From a virus (lineage: Duplodnaviria; Caudoviricetes), in IMG/VR virus record IMGVR_UViG_3300024518_001245, positions 1 to 26,384 of that record: a DNA stretch of 26,384 nucleotides. The stretch is one strand, 5' to 3'. Made by a program: the position numbers and the translations under genes. This document shows positions 6,001-11,706 of this stretch, piece by piece (position 1 is the stretch's first letter; the number at the start of each line of letters is the position of its first letter). Under the pieces are notes generated by a model. It saw only the letters and a program-made list of their open reading frames with translations. It did no database searches and was not told the origin of the DNA.

Positions 6001-8619
6001 CCAGTTCTTCGCGCGCTCACGCTGAGACGGGTCCATCGAGTCGTGCGCGTTGAGCAAGTTGCTCTTGATGTGGGCAACGAATCGACGAGCGAAGTCTGCG
6101 TCCGACTCTCCGCGAACCCTAGGAATGGGAGCGTACGTCCTGAGTAGCTTCATATTCCGAGCGAAGTTCTTAGGCGCACGGAGCTGGCTCTCAAGGTCGA
6201 CGACCAGGGCGCCGTTATCAACGTCCGGATGAAAGCGGTTGGACTCCTTGGTGCTTGGCCTTCTGGTCGACACGCGGTTAGGGTTCGACATGTCGCTGGG
6301 CTGCAGGCCAGAGGGATCGTCTATGGCGAGCGACCCGGTGCGCGATTCGACGGACCCGAAGAACGCGTCGCTATCCTCATTGCCACCTTCGACTGTAATC
6401 GTCTCGCCAGGGTGATCAAACCGAAGCCTGTTCATCATCTGCGAGGCTATGCCCCTGCGCTGAACGTCGGCACCGGTTTCGATGTTAGTTACGAGCACAT
6501 CGTTAGCTCTCTCGACGAAGTCCAGGATGCCTACCGCTACACCGTTGACCTTTGCCGTGATCTGCCCCTCGCCGCTCTCGGTGTCATAGACGACACTATC
6601 TATCGCAGCCTCGGCGACGGATCCGTCAGGGGCGCGGAAGGAGAACGTGCCTCCCCCGCTCTGCGCCAACGCTGACGCTTGGTTCGACGGGACGGGGCTT
6701 GTTGCTGCGCGTATCTTCGAGGAACCAAACAGGTCGAGAGGGTCAACGCCTCCGCGCTCTGCGAGATTCACCTTCGCTGCCGCGTCGAAGATTGCCATGT
6801 CCCGCGCCGCCGACTTGCTGACGCCAGACGCGATGAGCCCCGCTTCGGTCTGGTCTCTGATCAACTCAAACGCAGCAAGACGATCGGACGTCTCAGCGTT
6901 GGCTGTCCCATCCTCGGCCTGATCTCTGGTCGCCTGCTCTTCCCTGATCTCCTCGATCACGCCAGCGATCAGCTTTGCGTTCTCGCCACGCTGCGCGGAC
7001 GTGATTCCGTCAGGCGTGTTCCTGGCATGGACCTTCATAACCTTATGGAGAGGCGTGCCCGCGATCTTGCTCGCGAGCAGATGCAAGGGCACGACTATGT
7101 CTTCGTCTAGAGCCGCTGCATCTTGCAACTCCTCAACCGTTACGCCGAGCGCTTCGGACGCTTGCTCTATCGTTACGCCCGCCGGCTGGCTCTCCCCCTG
7201 GAAGAGGTCAACGACACCTTGCGCGTGAACGTGCGTGACATTCTCTTCCGTTGAAGATTCTTCGAGGACTTCTTGGAACTTCTCCGGCGCGAGCTTCGCA
7301 AGCTCCGACTCGCGGACGAGTTCGTCAATCCGATCGAGCTGCCTCTCCTTGGTGTCTGATTCGAGCGACTTATGCAGGATCGAAGTTCCCTGATTAAACT
7401 TGTCGATAGAGATTCCGACTGCACTAAAAGCGCTGGTCGTTCCTCCGCCCGCAATCGCGCCAGCAAGGCCCTCCTTAGCGATAGCGAGCCATGTCCCTGG
7501 ATCACGAAACACTTCGTAGGCGTCTTCGAGCCCGTAGTCATAGAACCCGTCTCTTGCATCGTCCTGCCAAAGCTTCAGACCTTCCTCTACCGATGTCATG
7601 CTGAGAGCTTGCGTTGCTTCGGTGAAGAACTCAGCTCCGGACGATTCGCCTGCCGCACGCAAGATGGCAGGGATCGCTGCCCGCTTTGCTGGGTCCTTCA
7701 TGGCAGCAGGGATCAACCTTTGGATGATAGACTTAGCGCCACCAACCGAATGGATCGCGCTAGCGCCGGCCTTGACGCCAGCCTTCGTCGCCCAAGTTTC
7801 GAGCGCTGCAGACAGTGCCGCGTACAACCTCGCACCCATCACAATGTCTTCATGCGATAGCGCGTCACCATTTTCATCGCGAACGTCTATGAGCTGGAAG
7901 TAGGCGTTCGAGAACTCCATGTCGTAGTTGCGCCGGATCATGCCGGCCGTCACCGAAAACGGGATCGACGGAGCAAGCACGCCTCCGGTGGCTGCCGTGA
8001 CAGCAAGACCAGCGGTAAGCCCTTCGACAGCGCCGAGCGCGACTTGACCGAAGATGGGTATCTGGTTGGCGATGATCCCGAAGACCTTGTCGCCGGACAC
8101 CTCGAACTGCCAAGCGGATTGCCTTTCCTGGAGCGCAGCTATGCGACCCTCTCTCTCCTGGTCGACGAGACGCTCACCTCTGGCGACGGCGATCTTATAG
8201 TCGACGTGAGCGCGCAGTCCGAGAGCTGCAACCTGCGAGTCGAACGCGGCCGGGATCTGGCTGACGCCTGTGTACTCGGCAATGCGAGTAAGTACGTCGA
8301 CATCGTTGAATGCGAGATCTGCGTTGACGTCTTCCTTGGCTATCCAATCACCCACGGCAGGGTTGTCTGCCTCCAGGATGGATCGATAGTCATCCTCAGC
8401 CTTGACCCTGCGCGCCTCCAAGCCAGCCATCTCGGGCTCGGCCTCTGCCGCCGAGTACGGCACGCCGATTCTGTTCGAATCGTTGTACGCCTTAGCTGCG
8501 GTAGACGGGGAAGACCCCTTCGTGGCGGCTCGACGAAGAGCTGCTCGCGGATCAGGCTCATCATGCATGTACAGGAAGTCAACGCGTCGGCCTTCGTCGA
8601 TCTCGTCTTCAACGCCCAA
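1..8619 (-). CDS. Giant internal virion/ejection protein (T7 gp16 position), polyvalent multi-enzyme protein; >=2873 aa, 3' end outside the window
   Basis: Absent from the ORF track, consistent with no stop before the window edge. I found no stop in the stretches I translated by hand (most of 1..8619). Probable TTG start at 8619 behind GAGGAG/AGAGGG, overlapping the upstream stop by 11 nt; alternative ATG at 8568. N-terminal 'PAVGDWIAKEDVNADLAFNDVDVL' resembles LPD22. Contains Gly/Ala hydrophobic stretches, STFLHESAH and, near the edge, 'VIHDVTHREFVRDAW'. It is the last gene of the ejection cluster. Confidence 0.92.
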   Translation of the reverse strand, partial: MGVEDEIDEGRRVDFLYMHDEPDPRAALRRAATKGSSPSTAAKAYNDSNRIGVPYSAAEAEPEMAGLEARRVKAEDDYRSILEADNPAVGDWIAKEDVNADLAFNDVDVLTRIAEYTGVSQIPAAFDSQVAALGLRAHVDYKIAVARGERLVDQEREGRIAALQERQSAWQFEVSGDKVFGIIANQIPIFGQVALGAVEGLTAGLAVTAATGGVLAPSIPFSVTAGMIRRNYDMEFSNAYFQLIDVRDENGDALSHEDIVMGARLYAALSAALETWATKAGVKAGASAIHSVGGAKSIIQRLIPAAMKDPAKRAAIPAILRAAGESSGAEFFTEATQALSMTSVEEGLKLWQDDARDGFYDYGLEDAYEVFRDPGTWLAIAKEGLAGAIAGGGTTSAFSAVGISIDKFNQGTSILHKSLESDTKERQLDRIDELVRESELAKLAPEKFQEVLEESSTEENVTHVHAQGVVDLFQGESQPAGVTIEQASEALGVTVEELQDAAALDEDIVVPLHLLASKIAGTPLHKVMKVHARNTPDGITSAQRGENAKLIAGVIEEIREEQATRDQAEDGTANAETSDRLAAFELIRDQTEAGLIASGVSKSAARDMAIFDAAAKVNLAERGGVDPLDLFGSSKIRAATSPVPSNQASALAQSGGGTFSFRAPDGSVAEAAIDSVVYDTESGEGQITAKVNGVAVGILDFVERANDVLVTNIETGADVQRRGIASQMMNRLRFDHPGETITVEGGNEDSDAFFGSVESRTGSLAIDDPSGLQPSDMSNPNRVSTRRPSTKESNRFHPDVDNGALVVDLESQLRAPKNFARNMKLLRTYAPIPRVRGESDADFARRFVAHIKSNLLNAHDSMDPSQRERAKNWYSGARKIADAWSRRFGLPPDQIAGAMAVLSPQKDWFQNASLAERTIVIWQGQQDTTFGPEMLSKAGDIMAGYLKSNEKPNGTSQKTIDKFNLLVSAVDGLTLAEAAEQSDEHAAAWVRMYDETFNDKGFRIITPEGGFGGFSKNDDGSTNSKVAWGSYAEIGKAISIIRNPTKENINEQLGNGHKVRNFFNNILTPDAGSDVTIDTHAVAIAMMMPYAAKALAVGHNFGSAKGSSKNGDLGIAGVYALYAQAYREAAAERQLLPREMQSITWEAARVLFPDKKKSAKSLKAAEKVWDSYASGRITLDQAREQIYESAGKLGQPEWVGSDSRGVAEAGASTYAGELSGVVEPGSGPVAGVGRGDGSFAAAESAVQRDVRDEGGAAASGAGSSAFLAQSPSPDEDQSRRQSLIEFRRSVQQRDAEGDAGPTGPFRRGDAGAAQALGFLSEGVQATLHSPEPDTRAGFAKLGLPAPDLYEVSGTEAAQFFRDSIQAGKEANRFGASVYVYDVEEYAAMRLFVTSDGTAGAALKGNDFVSLFIAADSPHRGAAPSMQMLSIQEGGEKSDAFDTVLPGMYADMGLRVVARMAWSDEFAPPDWDHSVFSKYNDGRPDVVYMVYDPDYVGPYLGTEGVVVNDPDEAEAIQAEEIRRMKEGEPRAVTLSQGAAVKTDTEEFKAYFEGSKVLDENGEPLVIYHATTHDFDEFSLDNSNANNDLGRGFYATSSAGDANVNYAGFGADLSRRIEDRAESLIDQEFGTLSTEDAHARAREEIAGEHEGAVMPVYMAIKNPVVIGVQAHKAPETYFEFNIEYNEDGDVISESGTAIDLMEAIREVGYEFDEVDPDLLISEIFEDGGEEVSASDVLATFKNSDSSAYASDYDNDLSVIPGEFFKQVMEKMGFDGIIDSTVGDKFRNMDGVFPDTVHFVAFEPGQIKSVHNRGTFDPNDPKILNQPSSVGPPGEASRTDRGSIRFNPEGGGEITFYPGMDNSTFLHESAHLYLHTMAYLAGQGGAMDELVLDYGRISNWLVESADKIYAWIEDESKRDGSRITPEMFEDVKRARGASFVRVQAKAMAIGLSEQSTPENTVAIAMHEYFARGFETYLSAGKAPNEALKGPFRNFKAWLREIYTDVKKALGVNLSDEITGVMERMISSRQEIAQVNAQNGGGIIESLVTALGWTDTERAAYEQQAIAIEEEADEEIMADVKKAQARKIKRKNSEHYKTVFRQIREALKETREYQAHHWLQTNGEWLTEPVLDGPIDAAGGVKLNRQMVEELLGNFEDWAGIVAGLGRGKGALWTKGGGSDPREVAALFKFASAREMILALSRLKPIGKATKELADAQIQREEEILGTEEDQIEKAVADVLASGGAKIKMLEFELSQMKRLRRRNRNPINTAADRQIAEEGAPTAEGARTLVAEAQKRLEAAREAQDEDLIRQRGIELESAVAAQEAGVLARRAESARRRGVASARRQVREISKLLKAAAVEEIEGTANVDVRPGIHRAAEARARKDIERAIAEHNMDEVESAMRRRLYHAHAERAALNAKSETKKGVNYLNRFKKKRVREAVQKADREGADHWKQIVRLLASVDTRNLSKKNLDLIRADQNILAYKQGRETEGAETSSIDDRFGEDGAIQNFKLMSVQDFRSLVNSVKNIERIARDEATIQDGTRRVDFNDAMDQLSGSIKDNGVKAKPLKKDPSLRDDLRKKLRGLDSNFLKIEQVVEWLDGGDIGGIARRMLFTPAAEAQALELDMHKEFTVKITKAMGDLTTSNQNFFKRQFTFSFVGNEDADGNFVQESVSGEWVISVALNLGNISNREKLMEGYGWTEEQLKEILTNLSDTQWDAVQTVWDSVGSIWGKVEALYKRLTGVAPGRVEALPFITPGGKEMRGGYYPVVYDPEPSVSNAIDDEGNRLTAPPNAIDAITNEFATLFPGAESNFIKYSTSNSYTKGRTKYKGPLLLSTSLIPKHIAQVIHDVTHREFVRDAWKVVSDNRFRDAVSEV
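2560..3110 (-). other. Zincin-like metallopeptidase domain within the giant protein
   Basis: RGSIRF...STFLHESAH (HExxH at 3016..3030), followed by HEYFARGFETY..GKAP...FRNFKAWLREIY supplying a downstream Glu (2728..2730). Confidence 0.8.
3151..4005 (-). other. ADP-ribosyltransferase (ART-PolyVal-like) domain within the giant protein
   Basis: TEEFKAYFEGSKVLDENGEPLVIYHAT..DFDEF; GRGFYAT; VMPVYMAIKNP; GFDGII; VAFEPGQIKSVHNRGTFDPNDPKIL. Confidence 0.85.
4130..4560 (-). other. GNAT-like domain 2 within the giant protein
   Basis: GASVYVYDVEEYAAMRLFVTSDGTAGAALKGNDFVSLF..HRGAAPSM...DAFDTVLPGMYADMGLRVVARMAWSDEFAPPDW..GRPDVVYMVYDP. The pattern fits a degenerate GNAT (motif A plus Y-x-x-x-G motif B). 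Confidence 0.6.
4662..5060 (-). CDS. Overprinted 132-aa acidic protein nested in the +1 frame of the giant gene; candidate inhibitor or immunity protein
   Basis: ATG at 5060 preceded by AAGGGAG with a 7-nt spacer; TAA at 4662. The sequence is protein-like (DPILVALQKLELRPTRENYLAL..ELDAETEASLP; KETQDRLGLSDEEMLEQRKLLGF), while the host frame here is a low-complexity G/A/S/R linker. Confidence 0.7.
   Translation of the reverse strand: MSPQESSANQSGSDPILVALQKLELRPTRENYLALSNPEADPLQELDAETEASLPQNLQFNETFETREELLPAGQEVQPSSRSRLLPTKTKVGDSPLSSSVDRYSKEMLKETQDRLGLSDEEMLEQRKLLGF
5050..6280 (-). other. Helical domain with HhH-GPD DNA glycosylase-like motifs (DUF7178-like) within the giant protein
   Basis: WYSGA...VLSPQKDWFQN (VLSPQ at 5905..5919), LGNGHKVRNFFNNI (K at 5446..5448), VTIDTHA (D at 5386..5388), YREAA..LLPREMQSITW. 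Confidence 0.6.
6340..6600 (-). other. GNAT acetyltransferase domain 1 within the giant protein
   Basis: ITAKVNGVAVGILDF...VLVTNIETGADVQRRGIASQMM (acetyl-CoA motif QxxGxA at 6445..6462)...NEDSDAFF. Confidence 0.75.
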
Positions 8620-10636
8620 GGTTCGCCCTCTTCTCCTCAAGTTCCTTCACGTAGTCCTCGATCACTATCTCGCCGATTCGCAACCGTTGCTCGTGCGACA
8701 GGTCGAACTCAAAGAACTGCTTGCTGAGCACGGGCTTCCCGAGTTCAGCTTGGTCTTTCTTGTATACCTCATACGAGTTGTCGAGAATCGCGCGCTCCAG
8801 CCGCACGCTAGTCTTCGCGTCAGGCAAGCGCACGTTGGCTTTGTCGACATCAGAGAGGTCGTCGATGGAGAGGATCTTCTTCTTGTCGGAGAAGATGAGG
8901 TTGTGCTCTGTCGTCACGCTGACCTGGATCTGCGCCTGGGCTGCGAACTTACGCATATCGTCATTCGTAGGCTCTATGTTCCCAGGCTTCTTGTTGTGCT
9001 GCTCTACGATATCCATGAACTCAGCGATGTAGACCGAATACGTCTCATAACCGCGCTTGCCGATCTCTGGCTTCTTCTTGTTGGTAGCCTTCTCGTATTC
9101 AAGTACGCCGGCCTTCATAGCCCTGCCAGTGGGGAGGTCTTCACCCCTCTTGGCTTTCTCTACATCTTTGCGCAGCGCCTCTCGATGCTTCTCGGAAAGA
9201 TCAGTGTACTCATCCGGGATGATGTCAGCGAACGTGCGCTCGCCATGCGGGCCGATCACGGTCTTGTCTCCGTTCGACCAAGCCACCTCGAACTCAAGGA
9301 GCGAATTCCTGACCGCAGGATCAGACACGACGAACTTGCCCGTCCTCGCAGCGGCAATCTTCTGCGACATGCGCAGAGAGCGCGACGGATTGGGCTCGGT
9401 GTTGCTGATCTTCGTTGCCTCTTCGAACTGCTCGCGAGTTGCGCCGTCTTGGGTCAGCAAGACTATGGACGCCCATCGCTGCTTTGTTTCTGCGTCGCGA
9501 ACCTGCCCATCCAGTTCGTCGTCCAGGACGTTGTTGCCACGCCATCGGGCTATAGCCGCGTCTCGTTCAGTCTTCGGCACGTTAGACCTGAGCCACTTCA
9601 GTTGAGCCTTGCGATCGTCCGGCGCTGCGGCCCTAGCCTTGGCTACTGTATCTATCGCACGCTCGGTATCCGTTGCCGGCTTGAGCGACTTCTGAATCTC
9701 TAGGTAGTCCTTGTCTACGATCTGCTTCTCGTGGTCCGCAGCGTATGCGCTCGCTTCAATCATCCTGCCGTTCGCCATCAACGCGTCGATCGCGAGCAGA
9801 TGGGCATCTGACACAAAGAGCTTGGCCTTGGCCTCGATCGACTCGGCGCCCTCGCCTTGGAACTCGGACTCAAACGTGAACACGATGTTGTCGATGATTT
9901 GGTCTGTCCGCGGGGTCGGCCCGCCGTCTATGGATTCGTTCTCAGCGCCGGGCGCCCTTATGACTGAGCGCTCGCCACCCTCAGTGAACGAGTCAGGTAG
10001 ATCTATGTCGGGGTCATCGTTGGCCGCGCGAGACAACGGAGCGTCGCCCGTCCTGCCAATTCGCGTGCCTATCTCGCCGGCAGTCCCCGACGCCCTAGTA
10101 GGACCGTCTTCCTTGATATAGTTACCTGACTCCCGCAGAGCCTCGTGCATAACATCCGACAGATAGCCTTCACGCTCTCGATCGTAAGACTCGTGATACA
10201 CAACCTCCTTCTGGTTGAAGTCATGCTCGTAGAGTCGTTGCGATTGATTGTAGACATGCTGGTCGTAGCGCTGAGAGAAGAGCAAAGCGGTTGGCCCGTC
10301 GAGACCCTTGAGCCCGATCTCTTTGTTCCTATCCAGAATTGATCGGCCTTGCTCTATAGTGTCTTCCGCCGCAGAGCCCTGCTGGTTATACACCTCCAGG
10401 AGTTCGGAATTGGAGGAGAGGACCGCGTCGCCAAACCTCTTGCGAGCGGTGGTGTCCTGGTTCTGCAGGATCCGCTTGATGGCAAAGTCTTGAACAGCCT
10501 CCGTCGAAGACGCAACTATGTCGTTGATGCCGTCATAAAAAGCATCTATCTGACGAGTGGCCCCTGTAAGGTCAGGGCCACTGACTGCGCCTATCGGGGA
10601 CTGCGACACCCCTTTGAGCAACGGTACCTTTGCCAT
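8609..10636 (-). CDS. Internal virion protein (T7 gp15-position ejection protein), 675 aa
   Basis: N-terminal 'MAKVP' start, largely helical and charged; lies between the gp14-like gene and the giant gene; ATG directly follows the upstream TAA. Confidence 0.75.
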   Translation of the reverse strand: MAKVPLLKGVSQSPIGAVSGPDLTGATRQIDAFYDGINDIVASSTEAVQDFAIKRILQNQDTTARKRFGDAVLSSNSELLEVYNQQGSAAEDTIEQGRSILDRNKEIGLKGLDGPTALLFSQRYDQHVYNQSQRLYEHDFNQKEVVYHESYDREREGYLSDVMHEALRESGNYIKEDGPTRASGTAGEIGTRIGRTGDAPLSRAANDDPDIDLPDSFTEGGERSVIRAPGAENESIDGGPTPRTDQIIDNIVFTFESEFQGEGAESIEAKAKLFVSDAHLLAIDALMANGRMIEASAYAADHEKQIVDKDYLEIQKSLKPATDTERAIDTVAKARAAAPDDRKAQLKWLRSNVPKTERDAAIARWRGNNVLDDELDGQVRDAETKQRWASIVLLTQDGATREQFEEATKISNTEPNPSRSLRMSQKIAAARTGKFVVSDPAVRNSLLEFEVAWSNGDKTVIGPHGERTFADIIPDEYTDLSEKHREALRKDVEKAKRGEDLPTGRAMKAGVLEYEKATNKKKPEIGKRGYETYSVYIAEFMDIVEQHNKKPGNIEPTNDDMRKFAAQAQIQVSVTTEHNLIFSDKKKILSIDDLSDVDKANVRLPDAKTSVRLERAILDNSYEVYKKDQAELGKPVLSKQFFEFDLSHEQRLRIGEIVIEDYVKELEEKRANLGR

Positions 10637-11257
10637 TTACCAACCTTCCCAAGATCTGGATCGTGAGTTCCTCGACCTGCTGAGCAGGCCAGGGCGAGAC
10701 CTTCCGCCAACAAGGGTGCTGTTAGTCGCAGATCTGCTTATGCCGCTTCCTGCGCTGATCCCGTCAGAAGCTCCGCCGCCGCCGCCACCAAGCGATCCAG
10801 CGCCGATGCCTGCTGCTTTTGTTATGCCACCTATAATCGACGACGTGAGCGCGAGGTTGCCGGCCTGAGTCGCTAGGTCACCCTGATAGTCAAGAAAGCT
10901 AGCCTTCGCCCTCAGGCTGTTGGATCGGACGGACGTGTTATGGACAATCGTTGAGATGTCATACCCAAGGATGCTCTGCGTCGAAGACAGGACTCTTGCG
11001 GCTGATCCCGACGTTACGTTCTGGCTGTTGGCTGACAGTCTTGATTTTTGCTGCGCATAGAACACGCTAGCCTCGAACCTTGCCGCCCTGGCCTTAGACG
11101 AGCCGGCGGCAGCTTCCGTTATCGCATCGTTCCTGACCTGCTTGGCTTGAGCTTTGAACGCGGAAGCTTGCGCGTCTGCCTTCTTCTTCGCGATCACACC
11201 CGAGGTCACGCCTCCGACGACCGCTATGGCTGCGACTGCTATTAGCGGAGCACACAT
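10637..11257 (-). CDS. Internal virion protein B-like (T7 gp14-position ejection protein), 206 aa
   Basis: Re-started at ATG 11257 (GGGAGG RBS, TGATG overlap): MCAPLIAVAAIAVVGG hydrophobic N-terminus, Ala/Gln-rich coil, 'SGSA' motif, Gly/Ser-rich tail. Confidence 0.8.
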   Translation of the reverse strand: MCAPLIAVAAIAVVGGVTSGVIAKKKADAQASAFKAQAKQVRNDAITEAAAGSSKARAARFEASVFYAQQKSRLSANSQNVTSGSAARVLSSTQSILGYDISTIVHNTSVRSNSLRAKASFLDYQGDLATQAGNLALTSSIIGGITKAAGIGAGSLGGGGGGASDGISAGSGISRSATNSTLVGGRSRPGLLSRSRNSRSRSWEGW

Positions 11258-11706
11258 CAGCTGGCCTCCCATCCGAACTCGATGAATTCCGACTTCCTGA
11301 TTAAAACTATGTCGCGAAGCTCGAAGCCAAGGACGTCGAGCCACCTGATCGCCTTGTCGTTCTTTGCGTCCACGTAATTCCTCAGGGTTCGGTATCGGTC
11401 AGTCCAATCGTTCATGATCAATTTCGACATCTTCATCATCGAGAGTGGGTGCTCGTCGACAACGACAGTACCAAGGAACCAGGGAACGCCAACATCATCC
11501 CTCTCTACGACGCCGAACATCGCCACCGGAACACCGTCAAGAGTCACAGTCCTACAAGACGCAGAGTCTCTCAGGCCACCGCGTAAAGCCTCTAGCGGCG
11601 AAGCGCCCGTGGCCCTGAAGACTTCCATCTGATCCGCTGCGCGCATCGCTGGCGCCATGGTCTTGCAGTGCTCGGCGATAGGCTCGACGTATTTGATATC
11701 AGGCAC
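11257..11706 (-). CDS. T7 gp13-like / internal virion protein A, GNAT-fold protein
   Basis: Re-started at GTG 11706. Contains MRAADQMEV..., AMFGV, PWFLGT and LRNYVDAKNDKAIRWLDVLGF; follows tail tubular protein B. Confidence 0.85.
   Translation of the reverse strand: MPDIKYVEPIAEHCKTMAPAMRAADQMEVFRATGASPLEALRGGLRDSASCRTVTLDGVPVAMFGVVERDDVGVPWFLGTVVVDEHPLSMMKMSKLIMNDWTDRYRTLRNYVDAKNDKAIRWLDVLGFELRDIVLIRKSEFIEFGWEAS

Noticed and set aside
5088-8612. Other minus-strand alternate-frame ORFs inside the giant gene (5088..5318, 5418..5672, 7173..7559, 7874..8113, 8340..8612)
   Set aside because: Ser/Arg/Thr-rich off-frame composition over regions where the host frame is clearly folded; unlike 4662..5060 they do not look like real proteins
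29-9703. Many long plus-strand ORFs (e.g. 1078..1872, 2281..3015, 3016..3888, 8402..9703)
   Set aside because: Antisense shadows of the minus-strand genes in GC-rich DNA; many are in codon register with the real genes and none shows a recognisable motif
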